NCBI GenBank assembly: GCA_028023455.1
Contig: JAQFVV010000002.1
Span: forward strand, 3,224,001 to 3,288,000
Origin: Epiperipatus broadwayi
Lineage: Eukaryota > Animalia > Onychophora
Direction of reading: 5' to 3'
Length of the DNA: 64,000 nucleotides
Shown here in pieces: positions 39,732 to 54,020 of the stretch (position 1 is its first letter; each line of letters opens with the position of its first letter). The notes below the pieces were generated by a model. It saw only the letters and a list, made by a program, of their open reading frames with translations. It made no database searches and was not told where the DNA came from. The translations under genes were made by a program, and so were the position numbers.

Positions 39732-42612
39732 GTAAGAAAAGATGGTAAATAAAGCATTGTGTAACAGTAGTAAAGTGCTTGGACAATTTAGTATTATTTG
39801 GAATACATTATTTACATACATGCAAACTTTTGACTTTGTGTTTTATTCAAACCATGATTACATTTTTATATAAGCTTTTTTTTTTTATTTATCTCTTTTA
39901 TAGTGAAAATTATAATAAATTATGTTTAATATAAATTTATATTAAATTTGAGATATATATAATTTACAATTTTAAGTTTAAGATAAATAATAAAGTTCTT
40001 TTTTATTTTTATAAATTTGGTACTGAAAATTAATTTAATTCTATTTTTTCTTTTTCTATAATATCTAGTGATATTCTTATTTGAAAATGTCTGCAATAGC
40101 AATGTCGGAATTTTGATTCAATAAATTAAAACACACTTGTACATATAATTTATTTAAATTGAGAATGCATCTAACCTTAGCAAAACTTCTTTCTATTTTA
40201 TCTTATAGATTAAATGACTTTTCTTAAAAATATTTTAGCACTTTATCTTAATAAACAATATTAAAAATCAATCTAATATATTTTTATAACTTTTGATTTC
40301 CATTATAAAATAATACTGTTTATATTTTAAAGCAATTATTCAGAAATTAAAAAATGTATAGTGACATTATATATATATATTTCTATTTTTTATTTTTATT
40401 GAAATTATTAAACAAATTTATTTTAATCAGTTTAAAAATGCTAACATTTAAAACAGATTACATTAAATATAAAGCTGTTTTATCCTCCTCCTCATTCAAA
40501 ATCTCTTTGTTGTGCTTTGGTCTGAGAGTAATCTTTGTACTCAACAAAACATCATTGAGATATTAAAACAGTATTATAGAACATGGTATAGAGTTCAATT
40601 CTCTTCTCATTAAAAAAAAATATTATTATTCAAATGTAAAATAACATTAATAAGCAAAAAGAATGAAAAAGACTTTGAGTACTCATACATTGTTTTAATA
40701 CATATAATGAAAACATTTTGTATAAATGTGTGTAATACTATTCACTATAAGGTTATAAAATATATTCAACATATTTCTAAAATTAAAGTATTTATATTTA
40801 AAGCAATTAGAAGCATCTTTAGTTTTTTTTAGTTAATCTATGAAAGATTTTGTTTGTTTTTGAATGCTGTTACATGATATACTATGCATAACACTTGAAC
40901 ACTGAAAATTCATTATTTGTTAGAATCAGAAAATATGGATTCTTTTTTTCTTTTATTTATCTTTTGTGTGCATATCTATATTGTTAAATTTAAATACATT
41001 ATTACTGCTGAAAATATGACTGTAAAAAATGGATAATGTAATTTGCTCACAATGTTTTCTAGATTTAAATCTATGACTTATGCTTCATTATATTATTAGT
41101 TTTTTAACTTTTTATTTTAATGAACAATTAATTTATACATGATGTCTCTTACCTATCTTATTCTTAAACTTATTATCAAATTTATTCAAATCTGTGGGAA
41201 TAGAATATGCTATTTTAAAATATCTTGAACAATTTTCTTTAGAATTTGTATTATCAGGTTTCTTTCTTTTAAATCTACTGTTAAATGAATGAATCTATAA
41301 TTTTCTTTCTGTGCTTTATATTATTATTCATATATTTAATTAATGGTCATTATTATATTTTAAGAAAACTAAATAGAAGTTACATGAATTTCTTATTGCA
41401 CAAAACAGATATTATAAATATTTTATAATTGAAAAATTATCTCAAGTTATTACATCCAAATATATTAAGAATTGATATTTAAATCATCTTTCTTATGATC
41501 CAATTTAATCTATCAATGCTATTAACTTTATCCATTATTATCAATCTTGATTCATACATATCAAAGACCCATACATAGTCTACATAGCATATGAATATTT
41601 TAATTCCATTATATATAAAAGACTTTATTATGTTGGTCTGCAAATTTGTTAAAGTTAGCTATCTATGTAATTCAAGGTAAATATATGAATTACTAAATCT
41701 TCATTGAAAGTATTGTTTTTCATTAAACACAGCTATGTTGTGCTTTAAAAAAATTAAACACATAAAATATGAATCATAATTTTTTTATATTAATATCTCT
41801 GTTCATTAAAGTATTATTAATTATATTTATTAATGTAGTTATTTTATTCATTCATAATGTTTGGAAATTTCAAGTTTTTTTTTTTATCTTTTTAAAAATT
41901 CAAATAATAAAACAAATAAAAATATATTATATCTTATTGTTTCATGTAAATATATAACAAAGCATTATTCTACGGAGTTGAGATAGTGTATATATTTCAG
42001 ATTTATCACAGCTTTCATGTGAAAATAAATTTTGTTAGTTTGTAGAATCTGTCTTTTTTAGAAGTATTGTTCATTATAATTGTGTAAAGTTTGTTAAAAT
42101 CAAGTGTAGTATTATTTTGAAAAAAAAAACAACAACACACACACTTCATTTGTTTGCAAAGAAACAATATTTAACCCCCATTAATTTTTTTTTATTTAGG
42201 TTTCTTCACAGACAAGAAAAATCTGTTTGTCAATTTAAATGCCACCTCTCCAATGTATTATTGTTTTGATTGAAATTTATTTTGGTCAAAAAAGAAATTG
42301 TTATTTCCTTTTGGTTTTACTTTTTCCTTCCACTGTCATCTCATAAAAAAACCTCCTCCCATCAATTTTCAATAATTTTACCATTTGCAAGCATGAAAAT
42401 AATCAAGCAGACACTTTACTAAAATTATTATGCCATAGGATTTCAACAGACTGCTATAACTTTTATTTTTTTTAAAAATTAATTTGTACAAGTAAATTTG
42501 TATTTGAATAACTAATTCATATTTTTGTTATTTTTCTAGTTTATTTGTTTAATTAAATTTTAAAATATTTTAGTCATCTGTCAACTAACATTTCTTTAAA
42601 AAATGCTCATAA

Positions 42613-43451
42613 TATCTGAGGGGGGACTCAAAAATAATCAGAATTTTATAATAAAAAAATGTATATTTATTTTTAGGTGTTGCAAATTGAATCTCTTTCG
42701 AAATATAATCTGTTCAGTGCAATGCACCAATATAAATGGGTTTTTCTTTTTTATATATATATTCTCCAGAAACACTTGCAAAGTGATACCTTTTAAGGCT
42801 GTCACTTTTTTCGTCACTACTTCTAAATCTGTAAAAAAAAACTGAGACAGTTTTCATTCATGGGATTACAAAGAAGTCACACAGAATGAGATCAAGTGAA
42901 TGCTACCATGATGAAACATGCACTTCACACTCTGTCACAAAATGGGATGTTTATATTTTATAGTATTACCCAAAAGTTTCAAAACTTGTAGATATTAAAG
43001 TGCCTGATCATTACACATGAATTCTGAATGAACAATGCTATTTGCAGCTGAAAAAAGAATCAGAATTGTCTTGGCATTTGACTTCACTCATGATGCTTTT
43101 TTTGGATTGTGGTGAATTTAATACTTCCATTAAACCATTCATAAATTTGTTTTTTATCAGAGCAATAAGCTTGTAAGTTGCTTCAAGCAAGACAGTTGTC
43201 TTCTCTATCATTTTCCCTAAAAAAAACCTGCATTTTATGTAATTTCAACTTTTTGACTATTACATAAATTGACAAATATGCAAAATGTATTTTTAAAAAA
43301 AGTGGTACATGTGACCATGATTTCACATGATGACTTCATTTGGCAGATTGATGCAGAAGGGTTCCTGCAAGAGGTATCTGAAAGCAAAGGCATGTACTGT
43401 AATAAATGCAACTACTATAAAATGATCTGGTTATTTTGGACAACCCTCGTA
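42613..43451 (-). mobile_element. Mariner-family deletion derivative
   Basis: TIRs tatctgaggggggactcaaaaataatcagaat and (rc) tacgagggttgtccaaaataaccagat. Minus strand gives HSLDLILCDFFVIP*MK (the YSPDLAPCDF motif), a QDN near the HDNA position, and an N-terminal QIYEWF. Confidence 0.85.
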
Positions 43452-44279
43452 TTCTTATTTAATTTGATTACATGACATTAATTACTTTTTGTATATTTAT
43501 TTGTAGCAAAAAAAAAAATATGCTGTGGCTATTTGTTGCATTTATTGCTTGGTATTTTAGAAATGGTCTAATGATTCCTCTGATGTCAATAACTATCCTT
43601 CAGTACCTACTAAATAATTACCTGGATTCATTATCTTAAAAAAAAACTACTCGAATAATATAACATTTATTTTGTTTCATTTCATTTTATTTGTTATTAT
43701 TCTCTTCCTTATTAAATTATCATTATGAGCTACAGGCTTTAATTTTCCTTTCTTTGAGTATATACAAATACTTTAACATGCTGTTAGTGGTAACAAAAAC
43801 AATCAAAGTAAATTAATCCAGGCCTAGTACTTTCTTTGAGTAAAAAATAAAGAAAACAATTGTCCTTTTAAAATGATTTACTGAGCATTAATTACTGATT
43901 GTTTCATCTTGCTCTCTCTTTATACCTATAATAGCTTATCTTCTGTTTCCTTTATGTATCTCTCATCATTATAGATGATACATTTTATACTTATTAACAG
44001 ACATTAACATCAAAATTGTATTAATATCAATAAACATTGCCTGAATTGATAATTATAACTATCTAATACTGAAAACACTATAGAAGGAATCATTTTAATA
44101 TCATTTATTATTCATCAAAATGATTCCTATGTGATATTTACACAGTATGCTGAATAACTTTTCCCACATGAAGAATACATAGGCTGAACATTGTATGACT
44201 CTCTATAACATGATTTATAGTTTTAAGGTTATAACAACTACATAATTGTTTCTGTGGATAGACTTAAAATATGCCAATA

Positions 44280-44900
44280 AATGAATAGACTTTTCTATTC
44301 TAGGACAACTTATCTCATGCATTTTACACTTCCTGAGTTTTTCAAATATCCTCACCTCCCCTTATTTTTTCTTAATCTATGTTGCTGTTTGAATATCCAA
44401 TTATTATCTTATTTCTATCAATATATCAGTAATTATTTAACCTATTTTCTCTATATACCAGGATTCTCATGCTTATTCCCTAATAATTTTGGAATGTTTC
44501 TTGTATCTCAATACTTTGATATAAAATAAGATTTCCATTTTGTCATCTTGAGTTGTAAATTTTTATTTTATCCCACCCTTTATTCCTTATAATTAACTTG
44601 TATCTCATTTTTGTATCTCTTCCACTGTTCCATTACAAATGTGCATGGATATTTCTTTGCCACTTATACATTTTCTGTTGTCATATATTTTTTTTTGAAT
44701 AAGTTTGAAATTCTTGAATTTCCTGCTGCTTATACCAACATCTTTATTTATTTCATTTTATACTTCTCAAATATTTTCTGCTCTTCCTATTTCAAATTCA
44801 GATCCATCAATCTCTACTTCCATCTTAGTTTTATTTTTATTATTAAATTCTTTTGTAATTTTGACATCATTTAAAATTCTGATATTTGCTCTACATATTT
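44280..44900 (-). mobile_element. Probable heavily decayed RTE-like LINE 3' half
   Basis: Purine-rich minus strand with TKMEVEIDGSEFEI resembling the post-RT IDG..FE.V motif. Many stops. Confidence 0.4.
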
Positions 44901-45599
44901 CCACTCTACTTATGTTCTCCTTTAGAGATATATATATATTGAAGCTTTTGGTTTTGACCGAAGCTTCATTAGTTTTAAGCTGGTTTTATTAATAACAATA
45001 TACAGTATATCAAAATATTCCTCATAAAATGAATTGTGTTATAAAAGTTATTTAGAGAGTGCTAGTTTGAAAACAGAATAAAAGTTTAAATTGATTTTCG
45101 TAAATTAATTGATATGCAAGCATAATTCATTCGTAAATGCTTAAAACAGGAATTGTTTTAGTTATAATGTCAATTTAATAAAGATTTACATATTCAACAC
45201 GGTTGAATTGATGATAGTTATTTATTAAGAATATTTTATAAGTCGCTATTAATATTGTAAAGGAATCTGAAGGGGAGGGGGTAGACATTTATAAAATAAA
45301 TATCCTGTTTATTTAGTGAGAAAGTGTCTGATGAAAATCGTATAGGGGAAGAAGTAAAATTTCACTATAAAAATTTTAATTATTTATGGAAGGAAAATTG
45401 TATAAGAGATCAAGAATAAATAAAAGTATTAAAAATCGGTTCAAGCAGAGTTATATATGTGTGTGTAAATGTAAACATGTAGAATGTGTTAGAAAATTTT
45501 AATTATAAAAATAATCAGTAATCATTAAGGGTCATACATGGTATCAGTGAAAAGCTTGTTGAGATGATTATTACTATGTTTTAATTTCATATCCATAAC

Positions 45600-48500
45600 A
45601 GCCAATTTTCATTCAAAATCTTGAGTTCAAAGTTGGTCTGCTATGTATTATTATTATTTTTATTTTGTTAAAAACTTTGATTTTAGTCTCTCAAGGGGTT
45701 TGCCACGAACGGGAAAATTTAACAAAACCATGTGATGTCTGTAAAAATGTGAATAGATAAATTATAAAACAATAACAAAACACAATTAAAAAATGAATAT
45801 AATTTAATTGACAAGAAGCATCACTCAGAAATTGAAGGAGGGCACAGCAGGATATAAAAGCTTAAACACCTTTTAAGGAGAGACTTGATTATCATTTCTG
45901 TATCTAGGGAAAATCTCATTCAGGTTTAAATTATCACTTTCAAATTGTAAAAGTTAAGTTTTTATTGTTATCCTGGCTCGCTTTCTGAATGAAAACTTTA
46001 GTTAAAATTTGTATTATTGTAGAATATGATTAGTGAGTAAACTTTCCATCGGGCTTATGTTGCTTTCCCCTGAAGTTGATCATCAGCATGATTACCTATA
46101 TGATTTTCATCACCTTAAACAATCGGAGAGTAATGCAATATCGACCGCAGCTAAAATTTTATCCTGAGAAAATTAAGAAGCAATAAGTTTTATAAATTTT
46201 CATTTCAAATCTTCACTTTTAAGGATGAATGGATATAACTATTTGTGCTATAGAAAATTTAGAAATTAATCACCATCAAGGGAAAATGTGGAACTGAATT
46301 ATAATGTAAAGAAAATATATTATTGATAAAATTGATATGCTGCCTACTTATGAAAAAATTGAAGGAATATAGTGCTACAATTCTTGTAAAAGTATACGTG
46401 AATTATTGTGAATTATTGGACTTCGACAACCTAAGCTACTGGGAATCGATTTATTTATCCGGAAAGAAAAATTAAGAGAAAGTTGATTACGTATTCCATT
46501 ATAACATTGAATAAACTCTCAGTTAAGGAAACTTAAACTGCATAAAGGAATTAAAATGCTATTTAAAAATTATTACGTTGTTGAATTATACAGCCAATTT
46601 GTGTCAAATAATGTGAATCTGAAAATAAATAAATACCCTCTGGATTATTATTTCTAATGTTTAAAAGGAGTCCTGTATTGAGAAATTTCGAATTTAATAG
46701 CTCAACGATATGGATTACTTATTGAAATAGTTTATTAAAATGTTCATGGATTAAGTGTTCAAAAAAAAAAAAAAAAGCGTGTGCTTACAAAACTATAAGG
46801 GCTGTTTTGCAACTGCAGGGATGCAAAAGGACTTCGGGGAACTGTAACGATCAGAGACTATATAAGTATTATTCTTTTATTCATGGTTATTTTATATATA
46901 TATTTTAAAGCTATATTAGCTGATGCGTTAGAATACTAGTTACTTATGTGCCTGAATTTAAAGTTAACCAATATTTATTCTAAGTTTTGAGTAAGTATAA
47001 TAATATAAAATATGCCTTCTTTAACTACAAATTTATTGCTTTACCCTAATTATATGAATGTGCAACATAAATGAAAATATTTATAATACATTACCCTAAT
47101 TATATGAATGTGCAACATAAATGAAAATATTTATAATACAAAGTGAGTTATTTTAATTTTAATGCTAATAAAATTTATATGTTCTTTCTTTGAATGTATT
47201 TTGTGATAGAATGAGATAGACTGGTCTCAAAAGGGGAGGAGAGAAAATGATTCGGCAAATGATGCGCATTTCTTATTTATTGTTGTTAAAATAGAAAATG
47301 ATTTTAAATTTAAGCTTATAAAATTGTTGGCTCATGCGTCAGTGCAATATTTCATGGGGAGAGTAGGTTTAAATTTTCATAAGTATGCGTGTGGATTGGT
47401 AAAGGACCCTTGTTTGCTTTAGGTTAGTTGCTGAAGTATAGCTCCCTCACTAAATCGTCAGTAAAATGTTAAAAGTTGTGGATAAATTTCCCACTTCATG
47501 TTTAGGTACACCGTAAGATGATTTCTTTATTGATAGCCATAGTGTCTTGTGCAAGCCCATCCATATTTGTATGCCTAGCAACCAGTCCTAGCATATTTCA
47601 GCCCTAGTGCTCTTTCTCTTGTTATGAGTCTTTGCCAACGCTCATGTTGATGTTGAATTATTTTCCTTGCGTGTGTATATTATTTAGAGAATAGTAAGAG
47701 TATAAGTTATTAGTAATGTTAACAGGGTCATAGAATCAATTTGCTGTTTCTTTGTGAATGTGAGTTTGAAAGTGTGATCTGTTGTACTGATGCATTGCAT
47801 TTGATTTCGCTTTACCTACAGAGTTGAGAGCCAAGAATAATTATCAAGTTGAATTTTGAAGTTGAAAACTAAAACATGTTTATTTGACAATAAGCAATGT
47901 GCATCGAAGTTCCAATTCACAGCCAGAGTCAATTTTGCTGGAATGGTAAGCCAATTAAAATCCTGTGGGGACATTGGTAAATGATTTAGATGTGTGTAAG
48001 TGAAAGTATGCTTAGTATGTGTACCGATTCTTTTAACACTTGAATAGTTAGTTAATTAATGTATGCTAGGGTAATCAAATACTGTAAAATATTTAAAATT
48101 CACAAATAAGTTACCAAGGCATATTATGTGATTTAATTGAGGCATAAATTATAAGTTCATTTCGTCATGAAGAGAATTCTTCATGACCAATGTTTGCAAT
48201 TGTATAATAAATAATGTTATTTAGAGTTTAAACTCATATTTAGGAAGTTAATAATAAGTGTTATTAGATTAAAATGTTATGCGAATTATTTAAAGTTAGG
48301 ATTGTATAGTCATCTCCTTAGCAGCTGTAAACCTCAGCTTATTGATAATTTAATACTATTTTATCCTGTGAACAATTTATTAATATCTGATGTTTAGTAT
48401 TATTTTTTTTATTATTATTATGGTTGAAGAACTGGGAAAAGCTACAGGAAAACCATGTAGATAATGTAAATACATTTTAGTTTCTTATTGTTAATAAAAG

Positions 48501-49659
48501 TTGTCATTTTAAAATAAAATCTTGTCTGTATCTCAATGCTTTGTGGATCCAATAAGATCTGGAAATCCTAATCGTACACCAATACACTATTACTTAAATT
48601 TAATTATGATGTAGTTAATTACACTATACCCAGGTTAAATTGCTTAAGAGATTATTTTAAAAAGTTTTATTACCAAATTTGATAGAAGAGAAAATTATTT
48701 TAACACTCCAAACTCAAATGAATAAGTGTGGAATACAAGTAAACTAATTTAGCAACATAAAATTTAAAATGTATGGTGTGCAGTAGGATTATTGTGTGAT
48801 ATAAAGTACGGTGGATGGACATAAAATCCCTTCTCCATCAGCTGTATTCGAATACCTTCACAGATAAATTTATTAGTTAAATTTTCTAAATTATTAAAGT
48901 GTTTATGGTGTTTGCCAACAAAATCTCTAGTTAAAATTTGATCTTAATTATTTGGAAATAGATAAAGTGGATATTGGCTAGGTTGAACTAAGCCAAGGTC
49001 AACTACCATTGTGATCTCTGGGAGTGTATTCATGTATCACTAATAATTTGTAACTGAGTGGTAATTTTCACACCTTTGCTGTTCTGAAGCCCTAAGATAA
49101 AATTATCATACAATAGAGAAGAGTTAGCATAATGAGTAGTTACAAATGTTTGCAAAATTGAATTATGAATGAAAGCATGGTAGAGTAATGGAAAATAAGG
49201 ATGATGATGGGCATGGAAATAGTTTAATTTCCTTAAAATTTTAATTGTGGCTTTAATGTTAGATGGATGGGTAATGTGCTGAGAGAGATAGTAAAAATGG
49301 GGAGTTGAGATGAGATTTTTATCCGCTCAAATAAAGGTGATAAATTAGGAGATTAATATTAGTAGTAATTTTGTTCTCAGTGTTTATTCGTTTCATATTT
49401 TATTTGTTAATCCATTTGATGGATATTAATGTAGCTGATTAAATAAATTATTAATAGATAACAAAGAAATAAATAGATTTTCCATTAAAGTTGCAATTTG
49501 GCGCCCTGGCAATTTTATTATGTGTTGTCCCATCACCATCGATCCCAAGGCCATCCACTCTGAAGGTTGTGTGTGTGTGCGAGTTAGAGAGAGAAGAGGC
49601 AAGGCTAAGGCTGAGGTTGTAGAGCTTAGGTAATCGTCATCATTATTGCGAAGGTTACA
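45600..49659 (+). mobile_element. Probable decayed Gypsy-like LTR retrotransposon cluster
   Basis: HHSEIEGGHSRI (~45820) and CDVCK (~45730) resemble the integrase H2C2 region. KLSIGLM (~46050) resembles SIDFMGP. A purine tract precedes TGTAAC (46843), IKILWDIG (~47955) resembles a DTG protease motif, and GTTACA lies at 49654-49659. CpGs are retained. Domain order is not consistent with a single element. Confidence 0.4.
47041..47140. repeat. Perfect 50-bp tandem duplication
   Basis: ttaccctaattatatgaatgtgcaacataaatgaaaatatttataataca occurs twice, identical. Confidence 0.97.
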
Positions 49660-49699
49660 ATATATAATAGATATAAACATGACTTCCTTTATAATAAAT

Positions 49700-50460
49700 T
49701 GGTTCACTTCCATTCTGGCATTACATTCTATTTTATGTTGTTTAACATTTTCTTCTACCCATTTTAATTCATTTTTTAATATACTCTATATTTTCTCAAA
49801 AATTTCTCATTTATTTGTTCTTTTTCTGCATCTTTTCTCTAATCTTACTGAATTTTATTCAATTTCTCTTCAAAAATATTCTGACCATGTTTACATTCTA
49901 GCAAATCTTTTTTTTAACTTGGTCACTATTTGCTTAACATGTTGTTGGCTTTTCACTTTGATGCTTTCTATAAACTCCATCTTTTTCTTCATTTAACATT
50001 GTTCTATTTCTAATTTAGATTCTGTATATTTCACTTTGTTCTCTAGAACTTCCAATATCTCTTGTCATTTTCAATTGCTTGGTTTAAATCTTGTTGGATT
50101 ATCTTAAATTCCTGTTTTAACTTAACCTCCAAATCTTGATGTACTTTATCTATTTCTTTGTAAATTATTAAAATCTTGATTCATGTGTTCTTATCTTATG
50201 ATACACTCTTGATGATCCTTCTCCATTTTATTATCCAAGTTATTAAAATTGTATTGCATTTGGTCTTATTCTTGATGATTTTTCTTTATATTTTGTCACA
50301 CTTGCTCTATTTTATTTTCTAATTCTCCCTGAATTTGTTCTTTTTTTTTTTCATTTTTTTCTCCATATGTAATAATATTTCCATTATCTGGATTTTCTAT
50401 TTTTTATAACTTTATCTTGTTGATCCATTAACTCTAATTCTTCTCTCATGTTTTCCTAAA
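49700..50460 (-). pseudogene. Decayed coiled-coil ORF, possibly a Gypsy gag N-terminus
   Basis: The minus strand reads E/K/Q/L-rich heptad-like peptides (EQIQGELENKIEQV; DKVHQDLEVKLKQEFKIIQQDLNQAIE) broken by stops. Confidence 0.4.
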
Positions 50461-53047
50461 GTTTTAGTATGAGAAGGACAATGAAACCTGTATCTTCTCA
50501 TAAATCACCACTGATTTTCTTCAATGCTAGATTAATTTATAAATATAAATAAATGAAAGCAGTTCATGAATATTCAACACCAATGGTCTTCAATCTGCTA
50601 ACAAAGCAATTTTTTATTAATGAAAAGGCTGGATAACCCACCCAAATCTATGATCTAAGATGATTATATAGACACTAAAGATTGACATTTGATTAAAGCA
50701 GATTGAGATTTTTAATTCATAAAAGTTTAAATAACCTCATTAAACAGGTAATAAAACCTGTTTTGAAAAGAACCTAAAATATAGTCTTTTTTAACTTTCA
50801 AACTACACTACAATGGCAAGGTCACTCATTTTATTTCAAAATGTATGGATTTTTTTTATCATGCTCTATTATCTGCAGTCATCATATGTCACTATTTTCT
50901 TTTTAAAAAAATTATTTTCAATTATGCTCAATAGATATCACATCAAACTCATGAAAAGTAAATTTATCAATAAAGTTGCAAAGTTATCCACAAGATTACC
51001 TTTACTTTGTGATAACTAGTGCATTATCTGTAATATATTTATCTGTGCAACATAGAAAAGTAAATATTCCACCCATAATAATTTCATAAAATACAAATAT
51101 CTAATAAACCAGGAATTAAGCCTCTAATATAAATGTTGCATTGATAAGTCTGATATACATTTTAGCACTTTATTGGTACTGCATAAATGTTCTAGTGCAG
51201 ATATAATTAATGAATATATTTCTCTATGCAATTAACTATACATTTTAATTCAATGACTCTACAAGATAAAAATGCACTTAAAATATCTCTATAAATATTT
51301 ATTCCATGTTTGAACAAAGAATATTCAAGAAAATAAGTATATCTCCTCTCAAATAATCTATCTGACATTATCAACAACAAATTAGACAGAGAGTTTAAAT
51401 GGTAAATTATCCATTGGGTTATTACATTTGTTCAAATTCATTTAAAGTTACTGTTCTATTATAGTTTATTTTTCCTTTCCTCAAACTGCAAAAATTATGC
51501 AAGAACTACTAATATGTGCTTTTTAATAATGCAATTAAACAACTTATTTCTTTAAATATAACATGCATCATTAAGAGGAAGACAAATATATGTAAAGGGA
51601 TTAGCAGAAAGAGTGCAGGTATATGTTATCAATACCACTCATTTAATAAAGCTAAATTATGTAAAAGCAAACAAGTACAATGATTGTATATGCATGGAGT
51701 CAAGTAAAGGACCAATTTTTACATAATAGGAAGTACACACATATAAAAAATATTACTCATTTTGTTTTATTCACAAAGCACAAAGGATAAAACCTCTAAA
51801 CTATTAATCAAAATTATTTATTTATTTTAACATGGAACCATTTTTAATTTATGAGTATCATGCAAATTATTATTCAGTGAATATTCCTGCTACATCTCCT
51901 TATCTCATTAGATTAGCCTTAATGATAAGCGCACCAGAACTACAGATCATGAGACAAATTTTGATTGTTTTGCTGGCAATAATAAAAGAGCACATTACCT
52001 GTTGCAACTCATAATAATCTCTGACACACAGATAATTATCAAACCCAAAATAAAATAAATCAATGAATGAAAATAAGAATAATGACCACCTTGTTAATAT
52101 CAACAATATAATTGTATTACAAAATATAAAAAAAATATATATAAAATTAACCTACTGAATAAATAAACAATAACAAAATTGGTAAATAAATATCTGATGT
52201 GATCAACATTCTAAATTCTCATTTTATCCATTGTAAATTTTTTTATTTAATTTATTTTTGAGCTATAATTTTACTTTGATATTCTTGTACAAAATAATAA
52301 TAATAAAAAGATAATATAAAAACTATTTGTATGAGTAGTGAAGTAATCAAACTATTAATTAAATTCATATACACTTTTAAGAGAAAAAAATTATATTTGT
52401 ATAACAATAACATATATTACTTTCCCTATGCATTCCAATTAGTCATATTGTGTGTTAGCATATCATCTATAACATATTGATTTATTACATATTTCATTAT
52501 AAACTTAGCAAGAGTTTTATATAATTGTTTTAAATTAATATCAATAATTATACATGCAATGAATATATCTCTGAAATATTTTATCAAACTTTTGTTTTGT
52601 TATGCCATTTACTTTTATTATCTTTAAGGTGTATTATATTTATCTTCTACTTGACATGTAAAATAAATACTACTCTATTCATCAACAATATTATTATGGT
52701 TAGTACATATCATGACCATGGTATAAGTAAGATATTTACTTCTCTAAACTTATTCCAAATATAAATACTACATCTGCTTAGTTTATATATAAAATGCTGA
52801 AGTCTCAATTCTCTAATATGAAATTTAATATAAACTTAGATTTATACACTAATATTTAATCAAGTAAATCAATAAACTATAAAGCAATGATAATTAAATA
52901 TCTCTTTATGAATGTATAAAAATATCTGCTTTTCATGAAATAAAGTTTATTTTACTCAAGGAGTATTATTTCTATTCTACTAATCAATTCTGATATATAT
53001 ATATTAATATTTTAAATCGATGTCTGTATTTCTTCAAAATAATATTG

Positions 53048-53303
53048 GTAACTCTATAAATAAACCTTTGAAAATACAGTAATTAAAAGTCTATAAAAAT
53101 TATATGTATAACTATAACTTAGAAGCGCTTTCACTACCTTGTAGCTTTGTCAACTATCACATTTAAAATGTCAAAGTTGACATTTTAAATGTGATAGTTG
53201 ACAAAGCTACAAGGTAGTGAAAGCGCTTCTAAGTTATAGTTATACATATAATTTTTATAGACTTTTAATTACTGTATTTTCAAAGATTTATTTATAGAGT
53301 TAC
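53048..53303. repeat. Near-perfect 256-bp palindrome (127-bp arms, 2-nt spacer, 1 mismatch seen)
   Basis: Centre gtcaa-ag-ttgac (53170-53181). The only mismatch seen is aaacctttg versus caaagattt. Confidence 0.97.
53195..53231 (+). ncRNA. Decayed minimal hammerhead (mirror copy at 53120-53156, minus strand)
   Basis: TAG TTGACAA A GCTAC AAG GTAGT GAA AGCGCT T CTA. Reverts to CTGACGA..GTAGC GAAA with three transitions, two at CpG. 5-bp helix II and palindromic helix III AGCGCT. Confidence 0.5.
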
Positions 53304-53914
53304 GTATATATATATATGCATGCCCAATTACTACATATGAAACTGTGTTTCAAAAATATTTTCAGCATATACTGAAGCACTCAAATCTGTTGCACACACC
53401 CTCAAACATGGGTTCGAACTCAGTCCTTTAATAATAAATCACTAGGGAGCGAGGGTATACTGATGCACATGATAGTTTATTGCTTTTGTTAAGCTTTAGT
53501 CTCGGTTAATATTAATTTACATATAAAACATAAATTTCTATCATGGTAAACAATCATGCGTATGTGTGTGTGTGACAGATAAACATAATAATTTTATTAA
53601 AAGCATTTTGTTTATATTACGTATATATTTTTATTCATGTATTTTTATTTGAGAGGAAGTTCGAGAGAGTAACGCAAATTTAGCAAATGAAAGACTTGCC
53701 TTATTTTAAGTTCAGAAAAGATTTGTTTTTATTTTAACATAAGTTTATTTTAAAAATTCACATTACTTAACATCTATCCTGTGGGTCTATTTTCAGTTCA
53801 AAATAGACCAAGACCAGCTCTCTCGGATTTGATCTCGTGCATACTTTAAAATTAGCTGTGTCATTGTTGACCGTTAGTGGACATCCGGGAATTACCAAAG
53901 GCAGCCAAAATTAG

Positions 53915-54020
53915 TATAAATACCACCGCATTTTCTAATTAAAAGGGCTCTGCATCTTATTTCTAAACATTGTTGTCAAGGTAATCTACATCACTCAGAA
54001 TTTTAAAATGGTTCGTGAGT
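53915..54020 (+). promoter_or_regulatory. Candidate TATA promoter and first exon of an unidentified gene
   Basis: TATAAATA at 53915-53922, splice donors AAG|GTAATC (53981) and aaaATGGTTC|GTGAGT (ATG 54008, donor 54015), inside a locally CpG-rich patch. Confidence 0.3.

Noticed and set aside
46050-46092. Minus-strand CTGATGA..GAAAGC
   Set aside because: No helix I and no plausible helix III.
53410-53421. B-box-like gggttcgaactc
   Set aside because: No accompanying A-box or tRNA fold; at most a SINE scrap.
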